A DNA stretch of 64,000 nt from an uncultured Desulfobacula sp. (GTDB lineage Bacteria; Desulfobacterota; Desulfobacteria; Desulfobacterales; Desulfobacteraceae), in assembly GCA_964408295.1 (NCBI GenBank), contig CAYOYY010000008.1:7480-71479 (forward strand), written 5' to 3'. The notes under the pieces were generated by a model. That model worked only from the letters and a program-made list of their open reading frames with translations. It was not told where the DNA came from and did no database searches. Made by a program: the position numbers and the translations under genes. The first letter of the stretch is position 1. Every line of letters begins with the position of its first letter. Below are positions 18,427 through 28,258 of the stretch, one piece after another.

Positions 18427-20214
18427 CTATGCCATATTGTCCGCTTCCTTGGTAACATCCATGATTTCGGTATCTGCCCTTCTTATCTGCTCTTCCGTGG
18501 TTGTGGACATTTCAGCCTTAAAGCACAGAGCCCACATCATCACGATACCCACAACCCACCATGCAAGCTGCCATGACCATGTTGCAGGGAATCCGCAGAA
18601 CGTGAATGCTGTGTTGCCGAGCAGTACGCCGGGCCCAAGGGCCAGAAAATACCATACAGGAACAAGAATCTTCATCCTGGCGCGCCATTTTCTGCCGTTT
18701 TCACTTGGGGCATCAACGCTGTCAAGCCATTCCCTGACTTCTTTCTGGCGGGCTTCTGTTTCTTCTGAATTCTTGAATCCAAGCCCGCGACAGCCGTACG
18801 CAACCACAAATCCTGCAAAGATACCCCAGAATGCAGTATGCATTGACAAAGGATATTTCCATACAAAATAGGTAAGCATGTTGACGACAATACCTACAAA
18901 AAGACCGAGGGCCGCACCAATGCTCGGGAATTTGAAACCCCAGTGTACACCCACAAGCATGAGATACATGATGGTTCCAAAGGTGGTGGCAAAACCTCCG
19001 ATCATTACGATTGCATCGGACGAAGTAAGACTTACCACAACGGCAGCCAGTGTCAGGAGAGTTGCCATGACCCTGTTTGTCCAGATCTGTTCTGCATGTG
19101 TACCACCCTGTCTTCTGACATATCTCCACCATACATCTCTCTGGATTATGGTTCCACCGGTTCCGATATAGGGAGCGGCAGTTGAGTGAATCGCTGCAAT
19201 TGCACCGAGAAAAACAAGGCCTAGAACAGGACCTGGCAGGAATTTTGCCATGAGTTTGGGAACAACGTCTCCATTGTTTGCAATGGTCATCTGTCCTGCA
19301 AGCTCAAGTATTTTTGCACCCATGCCCTGAAAAGCTGAGAAAAAGAACAGGCAGACGCCAACAACAAATGTTGACATGAAAACCTGCTGCCATGCAAGTG
19401 GTTTTGGGGACTTGATGCCAAAATTCCATAATATGAATGCAGGTGAAGACTGAATGCCCATCAGGGCAAACATATAGGTTAAAATCATTACTGCAGTCCA
19501 GCCGCCGCCAATACCGAAATGGATAAGTCCAGGTACTTTGATATATTTCTGATCAAGGCTCTGAAGCGCATGAGACATGCCTGACCAGCCGCCTATGGCA
19601 TCTGACCTTACAACAAAAACTCCCAGGAGGATGATACCGGAGACAAGAAGCACGAACTGAAGAACGCCAACCCAGGTACTTGCCTTGAGCCCGCCTGTTA
19701 CAACATAGAACCACACGATAAAGGCCATGATGATAAGGCCCATTGTCGGAGGAACACCTGCTACCCAGTAGAACAGTTTTGATGCGGCAATGAGCTGAAT
19801 GCCTGAATAGAAGATTGAATACAGAAGGGCGGCAAGAACTGTAAGCCATCGCACTGTTTCATTGTTGTAATAATATGCGAACATATCGCCAGGGGTGATA
19901 AACCCGTAGCGTTTTCCCATGAGCCAGTTTCTTTTGGCAAAAAATGCGCCTGTGATGGGAATTGTAAGAACATAAAATGATGCATACGCATAGACAAGCC
20001 CGACCTTCCATATCAGGCCGGGATGGCCTACAAAGGTCCACCCGGAAAAGGAAGCAGCCGTTGCAGCCATCAAAAATGCGATAAAAGGAATGGAGCGTCC
20101 TGCAATTCCATAGCCTGATGCGGTTTTCTCACTGAAAAAACCTTTTAATCCCCACCAGAAACAATAAATAATGTACAGCCCCAGTAAGAGGTATACCCAC
20201 ATCTTTGGACTCAT
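18427..20214 (-). CDS. sodium:solute symporter family protein (probable acetate/monocarboxylate permease)
   Basis: Multi-TM SSS signatures (YGIAGRS, AASFSGWTFVGHPG, GKRYGFITPGD, GAIAAIHST). Substrate inferred from the adjacent acs and prpE. Confidence 0.88.
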   Translation of the reverse strand: MSPKMWVYLLLGLYIIYCFWWGLKGFFSEKTASGYGIAGRSIPFIAFLMAATAASFSGWTFVGHPGLIWKVGLVYAYASFYVLTIPITGAFFAKRNWLMGKRYGFITPGDMFAYYYNNETVRWLTVLAALLYSIFYSGIQLIAASKLFYWVAGVPPTMGLIIMAFIVWFYVVTGGLKASTWVGVLQFVLLVSGIILLGVFVVRSDAIGGWSGMSHALQSLDQKYIKVPGLIHFGIGGGWTAVMILTYMFALMGIQSSPAFILWNFGIKSPKPLAWQQVFMSTFVVGVCLFFFSAFQGMGAKILELAGQMTIANNGDVVPKLMAKFLPGPVLGLVFLGAIAAIHSTAAPYIGTGGTIIQRDVWWRYVRRQGGTHAEQIWTNRVMATLLTLAAVVVSLTSSDAIVMIGGFATTFGTIMYLMLVGVHWGFKFPSIGAALGLFVGIVVNMLTYFVWKYPLSMHTAFWGIFAGFVVAYGCRGLGFKNSEETEARQKEVREWLDSVDAPSENGRKWRARMKILVPVWYFLALGPGVLLGNTAFTFCGFPATWSWQLAWWVVGIVMMWALCFKAEMSTTTEEQIRRADTEIMDVTKEADNMA

Positions 20215-20305
20215 ATTAAATTTCCTCCTGTCTTGTTTTAGATTTCATTGATAGGATTGTTCACTTGATTATATCCTTAAATCTTAAGGATAATCAGGGC
20301 ATACC

Positions 20306-20319
20306 GCATCACCTCCTTT
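20306..20319 (-). promoter_or_regulatory. extended Shine-Dalgarno-like element AAAGGAGGTGATGC in the symporter leader (copy 1)
   Basis: Identical 14-mer also at 24414-24427. Lies about 90 nt upstream of the real RBS/start and is followed by a hairpin at 20266-20296. Confidence 0.5.
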
Positions 20320-20363
20320 CCTTTGAATCGTTGTATGTGGTTGTTTCATAATTTTGTATTTTT

Positions 20364-22265
20364 CTATGCTTTACTGCCGTATCCTATCTTGCCCAGGGAT
20401 TCTTTTATCTCGTCCAGAATTGTGTAATCATCAATTGTGGCAGGAACTTTATACTCTTTTTTGTCAGCAATTGAACGCATGGTTCCCCTCAGTATCTTGC
20501 CTGATCTTGTCTTGGGAAGCCGTTTGACAACAACAGCTGTTTTAAATGCTGCAACAGGACCGATTTTTTCTCTTACAAGGTTTATGACTTCTTTTACCAC
20601 CTCATCTTCATCTCTTGTCACACCTGCATTTAATACCATCATGCCAAGGGGTATCTGCCCTTTCAGTGAATCTTCAACACCCATGACAGCGCATTCAGCC
20701 ACATCGGGATGTGAGGCAATCACTTCTTCCATGGCTCCTGTGGAAAGCCTGTGGCCTGCAACATTTATGATGTCATCGGTTCTTGCCATTACGTATACAT
20801 AACCGTCTTCATCAATGAATCCTGCATCTGCTGTTTCATAGTATCCTGGAAATTCGCTGAGATAAGCATCCTTGAAACGCTGGTCATTCTGCCATAAGGT
20901 GGGAAGGGTGCCGGGAGGAAGCGGAAGCTTTGCAACAATTGCTCCGATTTCCCCTGCTGGTACAGGATGACCGTCATTTCCCAGCACGGCCAGGTTCCAT
21001 CCCGGAACCGCTTTGGTGGGAGAGCCAGGTTTTACCTCAAACTGCTGAATTCCCACGCAGTTTGCAGCAATTGCCCATCCTGTTTCCGTCTGCCACCAAT
21101 GGTCAATTACAGGCACTTTAAGGGCATTTTCAGCCCAGGTCAGTGTGTCAGGATCAAGCCTTTCTCCTGCAAGAAAAAGATATTTGAAACATGACAGGTC
21201 AAAATCCTTCATAAGCTGTGCTGAGGGGTCTTCTCTCTTGATTGCCCTGAAAGCTGTCGGTGCTGTAAAAAGGGTTTTCACCTTGTGCTGGGATATGATT
21301 CTCCAGAACACGGAAGCATCAGGAGTTCCCACAGGTTTGCCTTCAAAAAGGACAGTGGTGCATCCCTTGAAAAGAGGGCCATAGACAATATATGAATGTC
21401 CCACCACCCATCCTATGTCGGAAGCTGCCCAGTATACATCTCCTTTGTTCACTCCATAGATGGCATTCATGGTCCATTTCAGGGCCACAAGATGTCCTCC
21501 GTTGTCACGGACAACACCCTTTGGTTGGCCTGTGGTACCTGAGGTATAAAGTATGTAGAGTGGATCTGTTGCCTTGACCGGGACACAGTCCGCAGGCTCT
21601 GCCTTTGCCATTTCATCTTCCCAGTCAAAATCGCGGTTTTCAATCATGGAGGCCCTGGCCTGCGGCCTTTGAAAAATAATACATGATTCTGGTTTGTATT
21701 CTGACAATTCAATGGCCTTGTCAAGCAGGGGCTTGTATTCTATGACCTTTTTCACCTCAATACCGCAGGAGGCTGAGACAATGACCTTAGGTTTTGCATC
21801 GTTTATTCTGGTGGCAAGTTCATTTGCAGCAAATCCTCCGAAAACAACCGAGTGAACAGCTCCTATCCTGGCACAGGCAAGCATGGCAAATACAGCTTGG
21901 GGTATCATTGGCATGTAAATCACCACACGGTCTCCCTTTACCACTCCTTTGGATGCCAGAACTCCTGCAAAGCGAGATACCTGATCCTTAAGATCGGAAA
22001 AGGTATATTTTTTGATTGTACCGGTCACAGGGCTGTCATAGATAATGGCATCCTGATCTGCCATTCCGTTTTCCACATGAAGGTCAACAGCATTATAGCA
22101 GGAGTTTGTTTCCCCTCCTGTAAACCACCTGTAAAAAGGCTTGGCTGAATCATCCAGAACTTTATCCCATTTTTTGTACCAGTGGCAGTCTTCGGCAATG
22201 GAACCCCAGAATCCATCCGGATCATTGATGGACTGATCATAAGCTTGAGCATACAAATCGGACAT
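20364..22265 (-). CDS. prpE: propionyl-CoA synthetase (PrpE-like acyl-CoA synthetase)
   Basis: YILYTSGTTGQPKGVVRDNGGH, IDHWWQTETG, AGHRLSTGAMEE and LPKTRSGKILR. Confidence 0.85.
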   Translation of the reverse strand: MSDLYAQAYDQSINDPDGFWGSIAEDCHWYKKWDKVLDDSAKPFYRWFTGGETNSCYNAVDLHVENGMADQDAIIYDSPVTGTIKKYTFSDLKDQVSRFAGVLASKGVVKGDRVVIYMPMIPQAVFAMLACARIGAVHSVVFGGFAANELATRINDAKPKVIVSASCGIEVKKVIEYKPLLDKAIELSEYKPESCIIFQRPQARASMIENRDFDWEDEMAKAEPADCVPVKATDPLYILYTSGTTGQPKGVVRDNGGHLVALKWTMNAIYGVNKGDVYWAASDIGWVVGHSYIVYGPLFKGCTTVLFEGKPVGTPDASVFWRIISQHKVKTLFTAPTAFRAIKREDPSAQLMKDFDLSCFKYLFLAGERLDPDTLTWAENALKVPVIDHWWQTETGWAIAANCVGIQQFEVKPGSPTKAVPGWNLAVLGNDGHPVPAGEIGAIVAKLPLPPGTLPTLWQNDQRFKDAYLSEFPGYYETADAGFIDEDGYVYVMARTDDIINVAGHRLSTGAMEEVIASHPDVAECAVMGVEDSLKGQIPLGMMVLNAGVTRDEDEVVKEVINLVREKIGPVAAFKTAVVVKRLPKTRSGKILRGTMRSIADKKEYKVPATIDDYTILDEIKESLGKIGYGSKA

Positions 22266-22307
22266 TAGAATAACCTCCTAAAATTTCAGCGGTATCATAA
22301 CAAGATA

Positions 22308-24338
22308 TTATTTTTGCACCATGTTTTTTATTTCTTCCACAACTTCAGGATTGGCAAGGGTCATGACATTGCCCACATCTCCGTTATTGGAAATGGCTCC
22401 CAGCACACGCCTCATGATTTTTCCGGATCTTGTCTTTGGCATGTCAGGTACAAGCCATACCTTTCTTGGCTTTGCAATTTTGCCTATCTGATCACACACA
22501 GCATCGGAAATCTTTTTTGCAAGTTCCTCACTTGGCTCAACTCCCTGTTTCAGGGCAATATAAAGATCAGGCTCCTTGCCTTTGATTTCATGGGCAACCG
22601 GCACAACTGCTGACTCTGCAACCTCTTCCACCACAAGGGCGGCAGATTCTATTTCCTTGGTTCCAAGTCTGTGGCCTGAAACATTGATAACATCATCAAT
22701 ACGCCCAAGGATCCTGAAATACCCGTCATCAGACCTCATGGCAGCGTCTCCTGCAAGATATGGCCAGTCTCTCCAGTCCTTGCTTTCAGGATTTTTGCAG
22801 TATTTTGCAAAATATGTGTCAACAAACCTGTCCCTGTCTCCCCATACGGTCTGAAGCATGCCAGGCCATGGGTTCTGAATACAGATATTGCCTGCTATGC
22901 CTGATTCTGTAATTTCGTTTCCATCGTCATCCAGGATAATGGGGTGAATTCCCGGGACTCCCGGGCCTGCGCTTCCAGGTTTCATGGGATTGATGGCAGG
23001 AACCGTGCTGCACAGAAAACCACCTGTTTCAGTCTGCCACCATGTGTCCACTATAATGGCCTCACCCTTGCCCACAACTGACTGGTACCATTTCCATACT
23101 TCAGGTTCGATGGGCTCGCCAACCGTTGTCATGTGCTTGAAATGATAATTGTATTTGGCAGGTTCATCAGGCCCTAACTTTCTTAAGGCTCGTATTGCAG
23201 TGGGTGCAGTATGGAAAATGTTGACATCCAGTTCCTGGGCTATTCTCCATGACCTGCCTGCATCCGGATATGTCGGGACTCCTTCGTATATTACAGTGGA
23301 TGCACAAAGGGCAAGAGGGCCGTAAACAATAAAAGAATGACCTGTGATCCAGCCTATGTCAGCCATACACCAGTAAACATCTTCAGGATGAATATCCTGA
23401 ATATATTTTGACATTGCAGTTACATATGCAAGATAACCACCTGTGCTGTGCTGGCAACCCTTTGGTTTTCCTGTGGTTCCACTTGTATACATCAAAAACA
23501 GGGGGTCTTCAGAAAGCATTTTTTCAGGCTCAACCCTTGCCCCGTAAAATTTTTTCACCTCATCATTGGCAAAATAGTCGCGTCCATCCACCATCGGGGT
23601 TTCAGAAGAATATTTCCCGGGATAACGCTGCCATACCAGAACCTTGTCAACCTTCTGGCCTGCCTCGGCGGAAATTTTAACGGCCTCATCTGCAGCTGCC
23701 TTGTGATTCAGAAGGTTCCCGCCCCTGTAATATGCATCCATTGTAATGAGAACCCTTGAATTTGAATCAACTATCCTGTCTGCACAGGCGCTTGCGGAAA
23801 AACCTCCAAAAACCACTGAATGAATTACTCCAAGCCTTGCACATGCAAGCATGGTTATGGGAAGCTCAGCAGACATGGGGAGATGAATGGTGACCCTGTC
23901 GCCTCGTTTCAGGCCTGCAAAATCCCTGAGCAGGGCTGCAAATTCATTTACCCTTACATAAAGTTCCTGATAGGTGATGTGCTGGATTCTTTCCTCTTCA
24001 AGCTCAGGCACAAAATGTATGGCAGTCTTGTTTTTATTATCTTTAAGATGGCGGTCAATGCAGTTGTAACTTGCATTGATCAGCCCGCCCTTGAACCATT
24101 TATAACAGGGAGCATCGCTTGTATCCAGAACCTCATCCCAGTATTTGTACCAGGTCAGAAGTTCTGCATATTCAGTGAAACAGTCCGGAAAATTATCCAG
24201 GCTGAATCTGTCGAAGATTTCTTCATCAGTGAGGTTGGCCTGAGCAATGAATTTGGTGGATGGATAATAATAATCTTCTTCTTTCCAGTGGACTGCAATC
24301 TGTGCCTCGGTGGTTTCGACAACTTCTTGTTTGCTCAT
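22308..24338 (-). CDS. acs: acetyl-CoA synthetase (AMP-forming)
   Basis: YTSGTTGKPKG, ADIGWITGHS, DTWWQTETGG, SGHRLGTKEIES and MPKTRSGKIMRR. Confidence 0.93.
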   Translation of the reverse strand: MSKQEVVETTEAQIAVHWKEEDYYYPSTKFIAQANLTDEEIFDRFSLDNFPDCFTEYAELLTWYKYWDEVLDTSDAPCYKWFKGGLINASYNCIDRHLKDNKNKTAIHFVPELEEERIQHITYQELYVRVNEFAALLRDFAGLKRGDRVTIHLPMSAELPITMLACARLGVIHSVVFGGFSASACADRIVDSNSRVLITMDAYYRGGNLLNHKAAADEAVKISAEAGQKVDKVLVWQRYPGKYSSETPMVDGRDYFANDEVKKFYGARVEPEKMLSEDPLFLMYTSGTTGKPKGCQHSTGGYLAYVTAMSKYIQDIHPEDVYWCMADIGWITGHSFIVYGPLALCASTVIYEGVPTYPDAGRSWRIAQELDVNIFHTAPTAIRALRKLGPDEPAKYNYHFKHMTTVGEPIEPEVWKWYQSVVGKGEAIIVDTWWQTETGGFLCSTVPAINPMKPGSAGPGVPGIHPIILDDDGNEITESGIAGNICIQNPWPGMLQTVWGDRDRFVDTYFAKYCKNPESKDWRDWPYLAGDAAMRSDDGYFRILGRIDDVINVSGHRLGTKEIESAALVVEEVAESAVVPVAHEIKGKEPDLYIALKQGVEPSEELAKKISDAVCDQIGKIAKPRKVWLVPDMPKTRSGKIMRRVLGAISNNGDVGNVMTLANPEVVEEIKNMVQK

Positions 24339-24413
24339 GAATCATCTCCTTATGAATTTATAAACAGTTTTCGCTAAGTTTATTAAGTGGTTTCCCATTG
24401 GAAATTAAAACTG

Positions 24414-24427
24414 GCATCACCTCCTTT
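24414..24427 (-). promoter_or_regulatory. extended Shine-Dalgarno-like element AAAGGAGGTGATGC in the acs leader (copy 2)
   Basis: Identical to 20306-20319, about 75 nt upstream of the acs ATG, which has its own AAGGAG. Confidence 0.5.
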
Positions 24428-24889
24428 TTTTAATTAATAAAAAACGGCAATCAAAAAATATATGAACTTAACAGCCAAAGATACAACTTCTGAAAGCAAT
24501 AAGCTTTTCCGCGTCAGACCTGGTATAGGAAACGTACAAAGTGAGATGAAAAATCGTAGTCATTTAGTGAATCCGATTTATACCATAATTTATGCATTAT
24601 TAAGAACTAAGGACTAAGTCAACAAAAAAAAACATTTTTTTAAATAAATTTAGTGCACAATTATTAACAATTCTGCGTAAAAATATACTAGCAGGTCAAA
24701 GAAAAAAGCTAATACACTAAAATTATTTGAAATAAATAACTCAAACAAGGTTTGATGGCTTTAAACCGGTATGATTTTACTAAATATCAAATATAAAAGG
24801 TTTTTTATTGCATGATAAATATGTTTGCAGGTATAGTGGCCAGTGAACTGAAATATTAAAACAGGAAATTTGAAAGGATGTGTGTAAAA

Positions 24890-25543
24890 ATGGCAAAACC
24901 TGTTGATACATACTGGAATTTCAGGCTTGAAGCTGTGAAAGCAAAGCTTGAGGAAAATAATTTTGAAGTGTTTATTGCTCAGGATGCAGAAAATGCAAAA
25001 CATATTGCCCTTGATACGATTATTCCCGGTCTTGATATCAAAAGCGTGTCATGGGGAGGATCAATGTCCTTTGTCAGCACAGGGGTTTTTCATGCCCTGA
25101 AGGACAAAACAGACATTGAGGTTCTCAATACCTTTGATAAAAGCCTGTCAAAGGAGGAAATGATGGATTTAAGGCGCAGGTCCCTTATGGTGGATCTGTT
25201 CATAACAGGCACAAACGCTTTGACAGAAGACGGGCAGCTTGTCAATCTTGACATGATAGGAAACAGGGTTGCGGCAATGATGTGGGGCCCTGAAAATGTA
25301 TTGCTGTTTATCGGCAGAAACAAGATCACCCCTGACCTGGAATCTGCCATGACAAGGATTAAAAATTATGCTGCTCCGGTCAACACCATCAATCTCGGCA
25401 AGAAAACCCCGTGCAGAAAGACAGGTTTCTGCCATGATTGTTCAAGTCCTGACAGAATCTGTAATTATTGGTCCATCATTGAAAAAAGTTTTGTGAAAAA
25501 CAGGATAAAAATTATTCTTGTCAATGAAGATCTGGGGTTTTAA
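24890..25543 (+). CDS. LUD-domain (LutC/YkgG-like) protein
   Basis: GGSMS, ITGTNALTEDGQLVNLDMIGNRVAA, GRNKI and C-terminal TPC..TG.CHDC.SPDRICN. Confidence 0.85.
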   Translation: MAKPVDTYWNFRLEAVKAKLEENNFEVFIAQDAENAKHIALDTIIPGLDIKSVSWGGSMSFVSTGVFHALKDKTDIEVLNTFDKSLSKEEMMDLRRRSLMVDLFITGTNALTEDGQLVNLDMIGNRVAAMMWGPENVLLFIGRNKITPDLESAMTRIKNYAAPVNTINLGKKTPCRKTGFCHDCSSPDRICNYWSIIEKSFVKNRIKIILVNEDLGF

Positions 25544-25545
25544 TC

Positions 25546-26169
25546 ATGCAGAAGATTATGGTTTTTCAACAAAACGGCTCAGGCAGAACCAAGATAGACG
25601 GGATCAACAGGTTCGGGGCAAGAAAATTTGTTCTTGAAATTTTTGATATTGATGAAACCCTGCCTCCTGTTCTTGATGATACATCTGCGTATCTGCCTGA
25701 AACAATTGAAGCTGATCTGGTGCTTGATTATCTTATCCACAGGGATCTTTCAGATGATTTAAGTAAATTATGCAGTAAACTTGGAATTCCCGTGGTTGCT
25801 TCGGGCAAGAAAATACTTGCAGGCAGCGCAATCTGTCCTCCCACCTGCTGTGCACTTCATTATCAGAAAAATCTGGGGGATTATGGTCTGGTCTTTGGCA
25901 GGCCGGAGATCAGGGTTGTAACAGACAAGGACATTATCCGTGAAATCAGGGTTGAAAAGGGCGCTCCCTGCGGAGCAACGTGGAATGCAGCCGCAAAAAT
26001 AAAGAATATGCCCATTGAAAGGGCCCTGACCCGGTTCGGACTTGAGGTGCAGTTTTTCTGCACTGCAGATCCTGCATCATGGGATCCTTTGTGGGGTAAA
26101 AGCCCTGTGCATTTTGCAGCGGACATACATTCAGCCGTGCTCAAGGCTGCCTTAAAGAAACAGGAATAA
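25546..26169 (+). CDS. DUF166 family protein
   Basis: QQNGSG..KI.GI, PPTCCAL, GAPCGATW, QFFCTADP..WDP and GKSPVHFA. Confidence 0.75.
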   Translation: MQKIMVFQQNGSGRTKIDGINRFGARKFVLEIFDIDETLPPVLDDTSAYLPETIEADLVLDYLIHRDLSDDLSKLCSKLGIPVVASGKKILAGSAICPPTCCALHYQKNLGDYGLVFGRPEIRVVTDKDIIREIRVEKGAPCGATWNAAAKIKNMPIERALTRFGLEVQFFCTADPASWDPLWGKSPVHFAADIHSAVLKAALKKQE

Positions 26170-27542
26170 TGGTTCTTAAAGCAAATAAGAATTTTTCCAT
26201 GAGAGTGGCCATTATTGATGATGAGCCAATTGCATGCAGGGAACTTAAAAAAGCCTTTGCAAAAAAAACAGATTTTGAGGTTGATGTTTTCCCGGATGGA
26301 GAGTCTTTTATAAAGAAAATGAACCAGACATTATTTGATCTGGTTCTGTGTGATCTTAAACTGCCGGGCATGGACGGAATACAGGTGCTGACCAGGATAA
26401 AAAAACAATTTCCTGATACCCAGGTGATTGTCATCACGGCATACGGATCAATTGACACAGCCATAAAGGCTGTGCAGGCAGGTGCGTTTCATTTCCTTGC
26501 CAAACCTGTGAAAAAGGAAGAGTTGCTTTCCCTTGCAGGCCGTGCCCTTGAAACTGTCCGGCTTACAAGGGAAACCCAGGCACTTAAAAGAAGTCTTTTT
26601 AAACAGTCGAGGCAGCAGTATCTCATAGGGCATTCTCCTGCAATTCAGGAAGTGCTGACCCTTGTCAAAAAAGTGTGTTCGCTTAACTGCAATGTTCTGA
26701 TCCAGGGAGAAAGCGGTACAGGCAAGGAACTTGTGGCAAGGGCGCTTCATTTTCTGGGAGTACGCAGGGAAAAGCCTTTTATTGCCTTCAGCTGCGGAGG
26801 CTTTTCCGATGATCTCATTGCAAATGAGCTTTTCGGGCACAGGAAAGGTGCTTTTACAGGGGCGGTTGATACCAAAATAGGCCTGCTTGAATCAGCCCAC
26901 AGGGGAACAATCTTCCTCGATGAAATAGGGCTTATGCCCATGACCATGCAGGTCAAGCTTTTAAGATTTGTCCAGGAACGCAGCCTCATAAGAGTGGGTG
27001 GAGTAAAACCTATTCCCGTGGATGTGCGCCTGATTGCTGCAGGCAACCATGACCTCAAACAGGAGGTGGAGCTTAAAAATTTCCGCAAGGATCTTTATTA
27101 CCGCCTCAATGTGGTTTCCATAACGCTTCCTCCGCTTCGTGACAGAAAAGAGGATATTCCTCTGCTTGTTCATCATTTTCTTCAAAGATATAACAAAAAG
27201 TTCAAAAAACAGGTTGCAGGCGTGGATAAAAAAGCCATGGCCATACTTAACCAGTATCCTTTTCCCGGCAATGTAAGGGAACTTGAAAATATCATTGAAA
27301 GAGGGGTGGCGCTTTCTGACAGGCCTGTTATCACTCCCCAGGATCTTCCGGCAGATCTTCTTGAACTCTCCATTACAAGGCTTGAGGATGATACTTCTTT
27401 AAAATCCCTGGAAGAGGTTGAAAAGGAACACATAAAAAAAATATTGATAAAAACTGCCTATCACAAGGGCAGAGCTTCTGAAATTCTGAAAATTCCCCGT
27501 ACCACTTTGTGGCGCAAAATGAAACGCTTTAATCTTGGATGA
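26169..27542 (+). CDS. sigma54-dependent response regulator (NtrC family)
   Basis: Receiver (CDLKLPGMDG), Walker A GESGTGKE, GAFTGA, FLDEIG, FPGNVRELEN, Fis-type HTH (PRTTLWRKM). Confidence 0.95.
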   Translation: MVLKANKNFSMRVAIIDDEPIACRELKKAFAKKTDFEVDVFPDGESFIKKMNQTLFDLVLCDLKLPGMDGIQVLTRIKKQFPDTQVIVITAYGSIDTAIKAVQAGAFHFLAKPVKKEELLSLAGRALETVRLTRETQALKRSLFKQSRQQYLIGHSPAIQEVLTLVKKVCSLNCNVLIQGESGTGKELVARALHFLGVRREKPFIAFSCGGFSDDLIANELFGHRKGAFTGAVDTKIGLLESAHRGTIFLDEIGLMPMTMQVKLLRFVQERSLIRVGGVKPIPVDVRLIAAGNHDLKQEVELKNFRKDLYYRLNVVSITLPPLRDRKEDIPLLVHHFLQRYNKKFKKQVAGVDKKAMAILNQYPFPGNVRELENIIERGVALSDRPVITPQDLPADLLELSITRLEDDTSLKSLEEVEKEHIKKILIKTAYHKGRASEILKIPRTTLWRKMKRFNLG

Positions 27543-27704
27543 GTCAGATGTTTCAATTTGAACTGCCTTCTTAACTGCCACCATTACAGGCATTTGGTGT
27601 CACAGACAAGATGGTTTGATGTAATTTATTTCAATATGAATCAAACCAGTAGAATACTGGTTCTGTATTTCGGTCAAATGCCTGCCTGCCGTACGTTTTC
27701 ATAA

Positions 27705-27720
27705 TGGCATGGATTTTGTA
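27705..27720 (+). promoter_or_regulatory. possible sigma54 promoter for the USP-like gene
   Basis: TGGCAT-N5-TTGTA has correct -24/-12 spacing but an imperfect -12. Confidence 0.35.
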
Positions 27721-28200
27721 CGCAAAACTTATGGCAAAGGCATTGAAAGTTTTTTCAGGCCTGTTGCTTTTGCGGCAGGTTTAAAGAATTGGAATTCTCA
27801 AAACACAGGAAAACAATCGGTGAATACAGAAAATATACTGGTTCCGTTTGACAGGAACAGTTCCGGACTTAAATCCTTGTACCATGCATTTGCCCTGGCC
27901 GAAAGGATAACTGCAAGGGTTGTGGTTCTTATTTTTAAAGACGGCATAGATGAAAAAAGCACGATAATGCCGCTTGAAAAAGCCTGCAAGGATATGGTGC
28001 AAAGCGCCTGTGAACAGGGACTTTCTGTATCCTTTCACATTGTGTATGACGGGTTTGAGTCTGAATTTGTCAATATAATAAAAAAGGAGCACATTGATCT
28101 TATTGTTCTAAATGCTTCGGACATGGAAATGAAGGCAGCCATGAAGCCTGTAAAAACTGCAATGTCTCTTCAGGTAATTGAAGTAAAGGAAAAACAATAA
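27709..28200 (+). CDS. universal stress protein-like domain protein (true start may be GTG at 27820)
   Basis: ENILVPFD..SSGLKSLYHAFALA and IDLIVL match the USP fold pattern. Confidence 0.65.
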   Translation: MDFVRKTYGKGIESFFRPVAFAAGLKNWNSQNTGKQSVNTENILVPFDRNSSGLKSLYHAFALAERITARVVVLIFKDGIDEKSTIMPLEKACKDMVQSACEQGLSVSFHIVYDGFESEFVNIIKKEHIDLIVLNASDMEMKAAMKPVKTAMSLQVIEVKEKQ

Positions 28201-28201
28201 G

Positions 28202-28237
28202 AAAATAAAAAGCCCGGCCATGTTTTCACAGCCGGGC
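28202..28237 (-). terminator. intrinsic terminator between convergent USP genes
   Basis: GCCCGGC / GCCGGGC stem followed on the minus strand by TTTTTATTTT. Confidence 0.7.
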
Positions 28238-28258
28238 AATATCTTTAGTTTTATAATA

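Noticed and set aside
20306..20319. 16S rRNA 3' fragment (ATCACCTCCTTT on the + strand; also at 24414-24427)
   Set aside because: The match is limited to the anti-SD 12-mer and the flanks are not rRNA-like.
24430..24880. Riboswitch or sRNA in the long acs-LUD intergenic region
   Set aside because: AT-rich divergent promoter region with no convincing extended stem or known aptamer seen by eye.
25546..26169. Selenoprotein or recoding event
   Set aside because: No in-frame TGA; the candidate codons are TGC TGT.
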